Positions 1-9,119 of a stretch of DNA of 44,705 nucleotides are shown here, in pieces. The first letter of the stretch is position 1, and each line of letters opens with the position of its first letter. A program made the position numbers and the translations under genes. The notes beneath the pieces were generated by a model. It made no database searches, had not been told where the DNA came from, and was given only the letters and a program-made list of their open reading frames with translations. This DNA is from Candidatus Iainarchaeum sp. (GTDB lineage Archaea > Iainarchaeota > Iainarchaeia > Iainarchaeales > DTGL01). Location: NCBI GenBank assembly GCA_043809265.1, contig JAZDDY010000093.1, forward strand, positions 1 to 44,705, given 5' to 3'.

Positions 1-1
1 C

Positions 2-580
2 TTGCTTCCGCAGGATTGGATTGCTTTCCCGGCGATTGTGGAAAACACGTCGATTTCGCTTGAGGTTGTCGTGCCTGACAGCGCAGAAATCAGGTCGCAG
101 ACAGTCGAAGTGACCGCAACAGATTCGCAGACAGGCCTCGAGGAAAAAATCAATCTTGTTGTTTTTGTGGAGCAAGGCCTTGTTTCCGCGCTTGTGCCTG
201 ACTCGCAGCAGGAAGCCAAAGTGAAAGGCTCGCCCTGCTACCATGTGATTTTGCAGAACGGTAGCATTGCATCGCACAAGGTTTTCGTTTCGAGCTCGCT
301 GCCCAAATACTGGTTTGCAGGCATTGAAAAGGAAATCAGGCCAAATGATTTTGTGGAATTCGATGCATGCATAAACGCCCTTGTCATAGGCTCAAGGGAC
401 TTTTATTTCTTTGTGGATTCCGCGCGGTCAAATGAAAGGCTGCGCTCTGTCAAGGCTTCGGTCGACGTGCTGCCAACAATGCAGGGAAAGTATTCGGCTG
501 CGCTGAACGGCTTCCCCTTCTATATGCCGACACTAATCCCCTATTATCTCATCGATTCGGCACTCTCGTTTTTTTCATAA
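2..580 (+). CDS. C-terminal fragment of a larger hypothetical (probably surface/extracellular) protein; 5' end lies outside the window
   Basis: The ORF is open to the window start. The sequence is beta-rich with a hydrophobic C-terminal tail (PTLIPYYLIDSALSFF). No catalytic motif was recognised. Confidence 0.4.
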   Translation: MLPQDWIAFPAIVENTSISLEVVVPDSAEIRSQTVEVTATDSQTGLEEKINLVVFVEQGLVSALVPDSQQEAKVKGSPCYHVILQNGSIASHKVFVSSSLPKYWFAGIEKEIRPNDFVEFDACINALVIGSRDFYFFVDSARSNERLRSVKASVDVLPTMQGKYSAALNGFPFYMPTLIPYYLIDSALSFFS

Positions 581-586
581 GATTGA

Positions 587-2176
587 GTGAACAAAATGGG
601 GTTTTCCGCTTTCTGCCCGGAGATAGTTTCCCTTATCGAAAAAGGGATTATTTCTAATCCTGATGAATTGAACAAGTGGAAGGCAAGGCTTGCAAAAAAG
701 CACGGCCTGGACGAATTCCCGTCAAACACGGAAATAACCGGCAGCGGCATCAGCCTCTCAAAAAAAGCGCTTGCATTGCTCTGCAGGAAGCCTGTCAGGA
801 GCATGAGCGGCATAACTGTTGTTGCGGCAATGGTTCCCCCGCATGACTGCCCGGGAAAGTGCACTTATTGCCCTTCAAGCCTTGTGGATTCGCGCACCCC
901 GAAAAGCTATACCGGAAGGGAGCCTGCGGCAATGCGCGCCCTGCAGGCAAATTTCGACCCGGCGCTGCAGGTGCAAGACCGCCTGCGCCAATTGCAGGAA
1001 ACAGGGCATTCCACTTCCAAAGTGGAATTCATTGTGATGGGCGGGACTTTTTTCTCGCAATCAAAAAAATTCAGGGAAAAATTCATGCTCGGCGCCCTCA
1101 ATGCATTCACCGGGAAAAAATCCGAATCGATCCGAACTGCGAGGCTCGCAGCAGAAAAATCTGCAATCCGGCTTACCGGAATGGCCTTTGAAACAAGGCC
1201 TGATTTCTGCTTGAAAAAAGACGTCGGGGAGATGCTTTCATACGGGGGCACACGCTGCGAATTGGGGGTGCAAATCCTCAACGACCGTGTTTACAAAAAA
1301 GTGCAGCGCGGGCACACGGTCGCGGATGTCGCTTCCGCAACCAAGAACCTGAAGGATGCAGGCTTCAAGGTTTTATACCATACGATGCCGGGCCTGCCGT
1401 TCACTTCGCCAAAAGACGACCTTGATTCTTTCAAGGAAATGTTTTCCTCGGAATCCTTCAAGCCGGATATGCTCAAAATCTACCCGTGCCTTGTAATCAA
1501 GGGCACCAAACTGCACAAGGATTTTTTGGACGGGAAATTCAGCCCTATAACCGAAAAGGAAGCGGTAAAACTCATAATGAAAGTAAAGAAAACAATCCCG
1601 AGATGGGCCCGCATCATGAGGGTGCAAAGGGACATTCCTTCGCCGCTCGTGGAAGGCGGCATAAAGCACAGCAATTTGCGCCAGATTGTCGAAAAGGAAA
1701 TGAAGCGCAAGGGCATCGAATGCAATTGCATCCGCTGCAGGGAAGCCGTGCTCCAAAAATACAAGCACGGCTTTGCGCCTGCCGCAGAAAACGCGGAACT
1801 TTTCACCGAAGAATACAGGGCAAGCGGCGGCACAGAAGTGTTCCTTTCGCTTGAAGACAAAAAAAGGAAGGCGCTTTTCGGCTATTGCCGCCTGCGCATT
1901 CCGGATAATTCTTACCGTAAAGAAATCGGCTCAAAGGGCGTGATTGTGCGCGAACTCAGGGTTTTTGGCGAACCGCTTTCGCTCGGCAAAAGGAAGCAGG
2001 CTGCCCTGCAGCACAAGGGCTTCGGGGCAAAATTGTTCCATGAAGCAGAAAAAATCGCTTCGGAAGAATTCGGAAGGAAAAAATTGTCAGTCATTGCGGG
2101 CTTGGGCGCCCGCGAATACTACCGTGAAAAGCTCGGCTGCAAAACCGACGGCTTTTATGTTTCGAAGCGGATTTGA
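587..2176 (+). CDS. elp3: Elp3-family radical SAM/GNAT tRNA wobble-uridine modification enzyme
   Basis: 529-aa ORF with a radical-SAM cysteine motif (HDCPGKCTYCP), a long barrel region and a C-terminal acetyltransferase-like part (HKGFGAKLFHEAEKIA). This is the length and architecture of archaeal Elp3. GTG at 587; first ATG at 596. Confidence 0.9.
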   Translation: MNKMGFSAFCPEIVSLIEKGIISNPDELNKWKARLAKKHGLDEFPSNTEITGSGISLSKKALALLCRKPVRSMSGITVVAAMVPPHDCPGKCTYCPSSLVDSRTPKSYTGREPAAMRALQANFDPALQVQDRLRQLQETGHSTSKVEFIVMGGTFFSQSKKFREKFMLGALNAFTGKKSESIRTARLAAEKSAIRLTGMAFETRPDFCLKKDVGEMLSYGGTRCELGVQILNDRVYKKVQRGHTVADVASATKNLKDAGFKVLYHTMPGLPFTSPKDDLDSFKEMFSSESFKPDMLKIYPCLVIKGTKLHKDFLDGKFSPITEKEAVKLIMKVKKTIPRWARIMRVQRDIPSPLVEGGIKHSNLRQIVEKEMKRKGIECNCIRCREAVLQKYKHGFAPAAENAELFTEEYRASGGTEVFLSLEDKKRKALFGYCRLRIPDNSYRKEIGSKGVIVRELRVFGEPLSLGKRKQAALQHKGFGAKLFHEAEKIASEEFGRKKLSVIAGLGAREYYREKLGCKTDGFYVSKRI

Positions 2177-2207
2177 AGACCCCGCTCGGTGGTTAATGCC
2201 GGCTTGC

Positions 2208-2714
2208 CTATATTAATTTTCTGGCCTTTAGCGCGACAATGCAGCAAACCCGTCCTTGCAGTTCCGAGTCATCAATGAATTCGCAGTCTGAAACCCATTC
2301 TTTTTTGATTTCAGGGTATTTAGAGCCTTCGCCCAGCCTGCTTGGAAAATTTTCTTTCGGCATGCACAAAGCCAAAACATCCGCATTCATTCGGCCGTTG
2401 CCAATATGCCGCATCTCCTTGTTGTCAATTTCGAAATCCTTGCTGTTGCTGAAGTCACCAAGGCTCAGGCAAAGCCCCTCGGGTGTGCCTCCTTCAACTT
2501 GGCCAAGCAATACCCCCCTTGGAATGCTGGCACCTTTGTCGAGAGTAATCGGCCGTGTTTGCAATTGGTTCAAATTGGAAAGTGCATCGCCGTAGGCGTC
2601 TACGCTATTGATCCTAGGATTGCCTAAGTAGGGGGAAAGCACAATTCCTGCGCAGAATCCTAAAAACACGCCAAAAACTGCAAAGGCCACCCAAAACACA
2701 AACGGTTTTTTCAT
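2208..2714 (-). CDS. hypothetical membrane-anchored/secreted protein
   Basis: N-terminal hydrophobic helix (KKPFVFWVAFAVFGVFLGFCAGIVL) followed by a soluble domain with several Cys. Convergent with elp3. Confidence 0.5.
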   Translation of the reverse strand: MKKPFVFWVAFAVFGVFLGFCAGIVLSPYLGNPRINSVDAYGDALSNLNQLQTRPITLDKGASIPRGVLLGQVEGGTPEGLCLSLGDFSNSKDFEIDNKEMRHIGNGRMNADVLALCMPKENFPSRLGEGSKYPEIKKEWVSDCEFIDDSELQGRVCCIVALKARKLI

Positions 2715-2852
2715 ATCACCAATTATTGTTTTTTGAAGTATTTATTTGTTTCTGTGTTTTGCTTCAATGCCAAGTAATGGTGGCGATTGCTTTTTTTTCC
2801 ATTTTTGGCCTTTCCAAAACCCTTTAATATAACAAGCGCTTTTCTTTAGGTT

Positions 2853-3209
2853 ATGACGGTGCTTGTGGCAGAGCAGGGTGGAGCCCAGCAGCCGCCTGAC
2901 GAGTTCGTGAGGTTCCTTGAACAGAATCCAGCCTATTACACCATAATGAAATCCAACCTGTGCATAATGGTGGTGCAGTCGCTTGCCGAAAAGGCAAAGA
3001 CCCTGACGATGCTAAAGATTGAATTTCCGAGAATGGAACAGGAAGACCTCATGGAATTGGTTGAATCGCTTGTCACTGTCGGTGTTGTATCGGTTTTTGA
3101 GGCAGGCTCGAGCAGGTTTTATTATACAAACGACCGCGGGAAAATCTTCCTTTCAATCTACAAAGCCGCAAAGGAAAAATTTGTGGGAGCCGACCCTGTG
3201 CCTGTTTAA
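2853..3209 (+). CDS. small winged-helix (MarR/ArsR-like) DNA-binding protein, hypothetical
   Basis: The pattern LTMLKIEFPRMEQEDLMELVESLVTVGVVSVFEAGSSRFYYTNDRGKIFL resembles an HTH plus wing. A TATA-like CCCTTTAATATA lies about 25 nt upstream. Confidence 0.45.
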   Translation: MTVLVAEQGGAQQPPDEFVRFLEQNPAYYTIMKSNLCIMVVQSLAEKAKTLTMLKIEFPRMEQEDLMELVESLVTVGVVSVFEAGSSRFYYTNDRGKIFLSIYKAAKEKFVGADPVPV

Positions 3210-3278
3210 GGCTTTCAAGAGCCTTTTAAAGCCTTTGTTTATAATTTTATTAATATATTAATTTATTGAAGTGATTTT

Positions 3279-3626
3279 ATGGCTAGAGTTTTTATCGCTA
3301 CTTTGGGAAAAGGAAGGGGCACCTGGGGGCATGTTGCAAGGCTTATCCAGGAAGAGCAATTGGATAAAATATTGCTTGTAAGCAACGAGTTCTGCCAGGA
3401 AAACTTCAAGCCTGCAAAAGAAGTTTCATGGATTCTTGTCAATAGCAGGACCGGCTTTGAGGCAATAAAGGACACAATCAAGGCCGAGCTCCCTGAAGGC
3501 GAGCTCCTTGTATCGCTTATTTCAGGCATTGGCAAGGAACACATGGCATTGCTTGCAGCGCTCAAGGAAGCAGGCAGGGAATACAAAATCATAACCCTGA
3601 CAGGCGCAGGCACAAAAACCTATTGA
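3279..3626 (+). CDS. 115-aa Rossmann-like protein with CARF-like sequence pattern (hypothetical)
   Basis: Alternating beta/alpha pattern. The N-terminal RVFIATLGKG and the later LVSLISGIGKEHMALLAAL resemble the first strand (xTLG) and the 'sGG/TGGxK-M' strand of CARF-type Rossmann domains. The assignment rests on pattern recognition only. Confidence 0.45.
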   Translation: MARVFIATLGKGRGTWGHVARLIQEEQLDKILLVSNEFCQENFKPAKEVSWILVNSRTGFEAIKDTIKAELPEGELLVSLISGIGKEHMALLAALKEAGREYKIITLTGAGTKTY

Positions 3627-3656
3627 TTTTAGAATTCTTTGGGCTGTTTCCCTTAA

Positions 3657-4016
3657 ATGCTTGAATGGATTTTTGCTGCAATAGCGCTCGCGCTTGCATT
3701 TTTCCTTTTCTTATTCTACCGCAAGGCCCAATCGCTCCAATCAGAGCTCGACGAGCTTGCTTCCAAAAAGCAGTCGATGAGCACCCGTTACGGCCAGATA
3801 ACAGAGCAATGGCTGCCGTTAATGGATTCTTTTCCTTATGACCCGAAGCAGTTCCGCTTCCTCGGCTCGCCGATTAACGGAATTGCCTTCAACGAAGACC
3901 GCATAGTGTTTTGCGAATTCAAGTTCGCGGATTCGAAGCTCACGGAAAAAGAGAAAAACATCAAGCGCTTGGTCGAAGAAGGAAAAGTGGAATGGAAGGA
4001 ATTCAGCGTTAAATAA
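3657..4016 (+). CDS. membrane-anchored endonuclease related to archaeal Holliday junction resolvase (COG4741-type)
   Basis: N-terminal TM helix (WIFAAIALALAFFLFLFY) and a short coiled coil, followed by FPYDPKQFRFLGSPINGIAFNEDRIVFCEFKFADSKLTEKEKNIKRLVEEGKVEWKEF. This matches the D...E-x-K core and layout of the 'endonuclease related to Hjc' family. Confidence 0.7.
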   Translation: MLEWIFAAIALALAFFLFLFYRKAQSLQSELDELASKKQSMSTRYGQITEQWLPLMDSFPYDPKQFRFLGSPINGIAFNEDRIVFCEFKFADSKLTEKEKNIKRLVEEGKVEWKEFSVK

Positions 4017-4025
4017 CCGCGGTTT

Positions 4026-5423
4026 TTATACGGGCCTTGCCTGTCTGTGCCCATGGCCTCGGATTGACTGCCTTTCAAACCTTCCAAGGCTTTTTTCCTG
4101 GCCCGGCTTGTACCAGCAGGACCTTCCATGGCTAAAAGCATACTCTTTTACAAGGCCTTCCTTTTTGAGGGCTTCAAGCGCTTCCTTCATTGTCGTGGTT
4201 GCAGTGAATCGGTCCCTGCCGATTGCAATCAATTCGTTCACCAGCATTGCCTTGTCCATCCTTGCAAGCGCTGCAACCTTGCATTCCTCAGGCCCGAACC
4301 TGAAATCCGTTTCCCCTGTTTCCTCAAATTCCTGCAGGGCCTTTATTGTTGCCTTCTTCCGAATGTTCTTAAGCTGCTTTTCCTGCCCAGGCCTGTGATA
4401 ATACGGTTTGCCGCCCACAAACGCCCTGATGACAGTGCCCTCTTCAAGCATCGAACTGAGGGCGGCATTGCTCACTTTAAGCGAGCGCAGTTCTGTAAAT
4501 GGTGCGGGGTTTTTCAGCCCTACAAGCAATGCCCTCTGCTTCTCGATTTCAGGGCTGAACTCCGGGGCTTCACCCTTTCCTTTCCTGCCTCCTGCTTTCA
4601 CGATTTCAGCGCGCGCTTTTGCCGCGCCTTTTTTTTCTGGAATCGCTTCGGCCGGTTTCCTGCGTGGCCTTGCGTTGGCGGTTCCGACCATTTCAGGTGT
4701 CAGGCCCATTGCCACAAGGAAGCGGTCGTATATTGCGCGGCTGTTCCGGTTGGCTTCCTTGGGTTCGGCTGAAAAAAGAGTCATTATTTGCGACAGCATT
4801 GGCCTGTTGTTGTTGTACAAATAAGTCCAGCTGAGCCTGCGCGGATCTGCTTTTTTTTCGCCGATCGTCCATTTCAACAACTCCCTTCTTTGAATCCTGT
4901 GCCTGTCGGGCTTGGTCTTTTCCTCGATGCCCAACACTTTCTTTAATTCAGTTACCGCCTTGCCGTCAACGCCAAGTTCTTTCGCAATATCCGCACGTTC
5001 ACGCCAACCATTTTTAACCATGTAATCTGTCAGCTGCCCTGTTCCGGCAAACTTCAATTTTGTGCCGTTTGTGTGGCGCAGGATCGCATGCAACCTTACT
5101 GTCCTCCTTTCTTCCGGCGTAAGGATTTGCTGCAGCCTTTTCCCTGCAAAGCCGAAGCCTATCGGGCTTTCGGCCTCTATCTGCCTTAATGTTTTGCCTT
5201 CCAGCACATACATTCTCCTGAGCTCGGCATTGATTATATTGTCTATTTCCTCTTTTGTCACTGCAAACGGAAGGCCTATTCTCTTAGGCTCCCTTGACCT
5301 GTGCATGTTCACTGCGGTGAGTATTCTGCTTGAGCGGGTTTGCCTTGGCAGTGCAGGCAAATCAAAATTAGGGTTAGGCCATTGCACAGCGGCTGTTTTT
5401 CTCCGACCAGGTCTAGAAGGCAT
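4026..5423 (-). CDS. hypothetical basic protein with two C-terminal wHTH-like repeats
   Basis: 465 aa with N-terminus MPSRPGRRK. There is an internal duplication ending in GGKPYYHRPGQEKQL and GRSCWYKPGQEKSL. A K/R/A-rich linker is present. No enzymatic motif was found. Confidence 0.55.
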   Translation of the reverse strand: MPSRPGRRKTAAVQWPNPNFDLPALPRQTRSSRILTAVNMHRSREPKRIGLPFAVTKEEIDNIINAELRRMYVLEGKTLRQIEAESPIGFGFAGKRLQQILTPEERRTVRLHAILRHTNGTKLKFAGTGQLTDYMVKNGWRERADIAKELGVDGKAVTELKKVLGIEEKTKPDRHRIQRRELLKWTIGEKKADPRRLSWTYLYNNNRPMLSQIMTLFSAEPKEANRNSRAIYDRFLVAMGLTPEMVGTANARPRRKPAEAIPEKKGAAKARAEIVKAGGRKGKGEAPEFSPEIEKQRALLVGLKNPAPFTELRSLKVSNAALSSMLEEGTVIRAFVGGKPYYHRPGQEKQLKNIRKKATIKALQEFEETGETDFRFGPEECKVAALARMDKAMLVNELIAIGRDRFTATTTMKEALEALKKEGLVKEYAFSHGRSCWYKPGQEKSLGRFERQSIRGHGHRQARPV

Positions 5424-5457
5424 AATAGAATATCAGGCAAAGCAGAATTTATTCTTT

Positions 5458-6495
5458 TCACTCAATCCTGTATCTCAGCATTGCCGCGATTTTCCCTATC
5501 CCTTCAAGTTTTTTTCCAGGGTCGTGCTCGGAATTGAAAATATGGATTTCAGCGCGCAGGGATTCCGCTGTTTCAAGCAATGGCGTGATTTTTTCCCTTT
5601 CCTCACCCAAATATTTATCCAAAACAAGGAGTGATTCCACTGCCCCCAAATCGATTGCTTTCCTGACTTCTTCAAGGCCGTAAGTTGCCTTTCCTGTGTT
5701 TTTCCCTACCGCTTCCATGACCTTTTCAATGAGCGCGGCTTCCTTGGTGATTTCCGCGTCCTCGACGATTTTCGCGAGCGCGGTGCCCTTAAGCAGTTCG
5801 TTCACTCCTGTGAGGCCTGTTGCATTCGTGCCCTCCACAAATATTTTTCCTGGGAATTTCTTTTCCTTTAAGAATTCCTGAAGTTCGTTTTTCGCAAATC
5901 CCGGCCCGGCAAGGACTGCAATGTCGGTGCCCGAATCCATTATGGTTTTTGAAATATTTCCGTAAAATTCTTTTTTCCATTCGCCTTCGTCGAACTGCTT
6001 TCCGGCTTTCCCTGAGTGAATGCTGCCTTTTTCCTCGAACCCGAATTCTTTCATCAATGCAAAGCTCGCACTTTCATCATCCAAAATCACCACGAGCACA
6101 GGCTTTTTATGCGAGGCCTTTTGCGCTTTCTGCAGGCGCTCGTACTGGTCTTTCCTGAATTTCCTTTTCTGTAAGTGCAGTTTCTTGTTCTGCTCTATTT
6201 CCAGTGAATGCATTGCCCCGATTTCAATCAAGTCTTCGGGCTTCCCGCTCCTTATAATGCCCTGCACGCGCAACAGGCCTGAAAATTTGTCGAAATCAAC
6301 GCCCTTCACTTCGATTTCAAGGAAAAGATTTTCACGGCGGGTTGTTTCCCCTTCTTCGCCTTTTATTTTGCGCGTGGTCCTTCCTTTAACCAAATCCCCG
6401 CGTTCGATGATATGGCTCAAATGCCACAAGTCATCGCGGGTTTCAGGCACGATTTCCGCAGTGGAGCGAAACCTGTCAATCTTGAGCACTTTCAT
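5458..6495 (-). CDS. pelA: Pelota/Dom34 ribosome-rescue (mRNA surveillance) protein
   Basis: MKVLKID...ETRDDLWHLSHIIERGDLV N-terminal domain, followed by eRF1-like central and C-terminal domains. The ATG at 6495 is preferred over the TTG-extended ORF to 6519. Confidence 0.9.
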   Translation of the reverse strand: MKVLKIDRFRSTAEIVPETRDDLWHLSHIIERGDLVKGRTTRKIKGEEGETTRRENLFLEIEVKGVDFDKFSGLLRVQGIIRSGKPEDLIEIGAMHSLEIEQNKKLHLQKRKFRKDQYERLQKAQKASHKKPVLVVILDDESASFALMKEFGFEEKGSIHSGKAGKQFDEGEWKKEFYGNISKTIMDSGTDIAVLAGPGFAKNELQEFLKEKKFPGKIFVEGTNATGLTGVNELLKGTALAKIVEDAEITKEAALIEKVMEAVGKNTGKATYGLEEVRKAIDLGAVESLLVLDKYLGEEREKITPLLETAESLRAEIHIFNSEHDPGKKLEGIGKIAAMLRYRIE

Positions 6496-6548
6496 ACTAA
6501 TCGCTTGCTGAAAAAGCAATTAAAACCCTTTTACACAATGTCTTTTCT

Positions 6549-7301
6549 ATGCCTTTGGTTTCTTTGCGGAAAACCCATTATTCGCTTCCTGCAAAACGCA
6601 AGAGAGTGAGGCTTGCAAGGCTGGCAGGCAGGAAAGCCTCCGGGCCAGAAAGCAACGCGGGCTTTTTCACTGTCAGGATAGGGCGCAGGAAAACAGCCAG
6701 GGTGCCGTTTAAAATACATGTGGAGGATGCTAAAGCCCTCAGGGCGGTGATTGTAACGCCCGGAAAAAAAGTTCTCAGGATATACGAGTCAATAGGCCGG
6801 CACAATCTTTCCGTTTACAACGAATCAGGCCATTGTGAGGGAAACCTTACTTATAGTCTCGGCAACAGGAAAATCTGGGAGAGCGCCACGGTTGCAAAAA
6901 GAGGGCAGGGGATAGGCACAATACTGCTCAAGGCAATGGAGCATGTTTATTGGGAACAGGGCCGACAAAAAATGACAGCTGCAGTTGAGCAGGCCAGCTC
7001 GATGAATTTTTTCCTGAAAGGCGGTTTCAGGCCAGCAGACCAGCAGTCTGCTGATTTTGTAAGGCGATACTTAAGAGCCAAGGACAAAAGTGGTTTCCGC
7101 GAAAGCAAAAATCCAGACGACCTGACAGATCCGAATCCGGGAGCCAAAGCATTTTGGCCTTCAATCAGGCTTGAAAAAACAGTCAGGGCAGGCATGGCTG
7201 TCAAAGGCAAGCACGCAATTCTGGTTGCCGGGCTTTTCGGCAGGCCCAAGTGGCATTTTATCCCGAAGGAGTTGCTTGAATCGCAGGCGCAGGCGCTTTG
7301 A
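6549..7301 (+). CDS. GNAT-like acetyltransferase with highly basic N-terminal extension (hypothetical)
   Basis: The acetyl-CoA pocket motif RGQGIGTILLKAME (Q/RxxGxG/A) lies in a region of about 120 aa with a GNAT-like pattern. The N-terminus is rich in R/K. Confidence 0.5.
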   Translation: MPLVSLRKTHYSLPAKRKRVRLARLAGRKASGPESNAGFFTVRIGRRKTARVPFKIHVEDAKALRAVIVTPGKKVLRIYESIGRHNLSVYNESGHCEGNLTYSLGNRKIWESATVAKRGQGIGTILLKAMEHVYWEQGRQKMTAAVEQASSMNFFLKGGFRPADQQSADFVRRYLRAKDKSGFRESKNPDDLTDPNPGAKAFWPSIRLEKTVRAGMAVKGKHAILVAGLFGRPKWHFIPKELLESQAQAL

Positions 7302-7339
7302 TTGTTTTTTTATTAATTGCCTTCCACTATTTTTTGAAT

Positions 7340-9115
7340 ATGGCTAAAAAAGAAGAGGGAGAGCAAATCAGGGTTGCGGTCATAGATTTCAGGAAATGCT
7401 CTTCCGAGAAATGCAACTGGCTTTGCGTCCGTTTTTGCCCAGTGAACAGGCTCGACAAGGAATGCATACTCAAAGGCGAGGACTTAAAGCCGCGCATTTC
7501 CGAAAAACTGTGCACTGCATGCAAAATCTGCGTCCACAAATGCCCCTTCAAGGCGATAAGCATCGTTAACCTTTCCCCAAAGCTCGGGAAAGCGGTGCAT
7601 TCCTACGGCCAGAACAGTTTTCGCCTGTACGGTTTGCCTATCCCCTCAAAAGGCAGCGTTGTCGGCTTAATCGGAAGGAACGGCATCGGAAAAACAACGG
7701 CGCTGAAAATCCTTTCCGGCAAACTAGTTCCGAGCATCGGCGAAGGCAAAGGCTACAGGGCGGCGATAGATTTCTTCAAGGGCTCTGAATTGCAGGCGTA
7801 TTTTGAATCCATCGAGCAGGGCACGTTGAAAAGCGCTTTCAAGCCCCAGGATATAAACAGCATTCCCCAGGCCTTCAAGGGCAGCGTTAAAGAGCTCCTT
7901 AAAAAAATGGACGAAACCGGGGGGTTCAAGGGCATAGCGAAAGAACTGGAACTTGAAAAAATCCTGGATTCTGAAATTCAATCGATTTCAGGCGGTGAAC
8001 TTCAAAGAGTGGCTATTGCTGCCGCAATGCTCAAGGACGCTGACTTCTATTTTTTCGACGAGCCGTCCAGCTACCTTGATGCAAGGGAGCGCCTGCGCAT
8101 TTCCAAAACAATCCGCTCGCTTGCAGAAAAAGGCAAATACGTGCTGGTTGTTGAGCACGACCTGGCGGTTCTCGATTACCTGAGCGATTACATCCACGTG
8201 ATCTTTGGTGAAAAAGGCGTTTTCGGCGTGATAAGCGGGCGCATGAGCGTAAGGAACGGGATCAACCAGTACCTTGATGGTTATTTGAAAAGCGAAAACA
8301 TCCGCTTCAGGGACAAGGAAATAAAATTCCATGTGAGCGCGCCGCTTGAATCGAAAGAAAAGGCGCTTCTCCTCGAATTCCCTTCTTTTTCCAAAAAATT
8401 CAAGCAATTCCATTTGGAAGCCGAAGGCGGATACATGCATAAAGGCGAGGTCCTGGGCGTGCTTGGCCCGAACGCAATCGGCAAAACCACTTTTGTGAAA
8501 ATCCTTGCCGGTGTTCTCGAACCGGATAAAGGAAAGGTCGATATGGGCCTGACCGTAGCCTACAAACCCCAATACTTGAAGCCTGAAAAGGGAATGAATG
8601 TAAGGGAATTTTTCGATTCCCAGAAATTGGACCGCTTGCTGTTTGAATCCGAGGCAATGCAAAGGTTTTCATTGATGGATTTGATGGACCGGCAGCTGGA
8701 TGAATTGAGCGGCGGCGAACTGCAAAAAGTCGCAATCAGCGCCGCAATGTGCAGGGATGCGGCGCTGGCGCTCCTGGACGAACCGTCCGCCTTCCTTGAT
8801 GTAGAAGAAAGGCTGAATGCCGCCGACTTCATCCGCTCTGTCGCCAGCAAGAAAGAGAACGCCTGCCTGGTCGTAGACCATGACATACTGTTCCAGGATT
8901 ACCTGAGCGACCGCCTCCTTGTTTTTGAGGGCATTCCTGCAGTCAGCGGCAAGGCCTCGCAGCCTTTGCCTATGAAGGAAGGCATGAACAAGTTCCTTGC
9001 ATCGCTCGGCATCACCTACAGGCGCGACCCTGAAACAGGCCGCCCAAGAGCAAACAAGCACGGCTCTGCAAAAGACGAGGAGCAGAAAAAAGAAAACAAA
9101 TACTATTACGGTTAG
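7340..9115 (+). CDS. abcE1: ABCE1 / RNase L inhibitor-type ribosome recycling ATPase
   Basis: Two ferredoxin-type cluster motifs (CNWLCVRFCP; CTACKICVHKCP). Two ABC cassettes with Walker A GRNGIGKTT and GPNAIGKTT, and signatures SGGELQRV and SGGELQKV. ATG at 7340 (MAKKEEG). Confidence 0.93.
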   Translation: MAKKEEGEQIRVAVIDFRKCSSEKCNWLCVRFCPVNRLDKECILKGEDLKPRISEKLCTACKICVHKCPFKAISIVNLSPKLGKAVHSYGQNSFRLYGLPIPSKGSVVGLIGRNGIGKTTALKILSGKLVPSIGEGKGYRAAIDFFKGSELQAYFESIEQGTLKSAFKPQDINSIPQAFKGSVKELLKKMDETGGFKGIAKELELEKILDSEIQSISGGELQRVAIAAAMLKDADFYFFDEPSSYLDARERLRISKTIRSLAEKGKYVLVVEHDLAVLDYLSDYIHVIFGEKGVFGVISGRMSVRNGINQYLDGYLKSENIRFRDKEIKFHVSAPLESKEKALLLEFPSFSKKFKQFHLEAEGGYMHKGEVLGVLGPNAIGKTTFVKILAGVLEPDKGKVDMGLTVAYKPQYLKPEKGMNVREFFDSQKLDRLLFESEAMQRFSLMDLMDRQLDELSGGELQKVAISAAMCRDAALALLDEPSAFLDVEERLNAADFIRSVASKKENACLVVDHDILFQDYLSDRLLVFEGIPAVSGKASQPLPMKEGMNKFLASLGITYRRDPETGRPRANKHGSAKDEEQKKENKYYYG

Positions 9116-9119
9116 GCAA

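Noticed and set aside
8997-9119. Upstream extension of the AsnB-like ORF; also the extensions 7298-7339 (abcE1), 6496-6519 (pelota) and 26564-26785 (Sm)
   Set aside because: These extensions overlap neighbouring genes or lack homology. Internal ATGs give N-termini that match the protein families.
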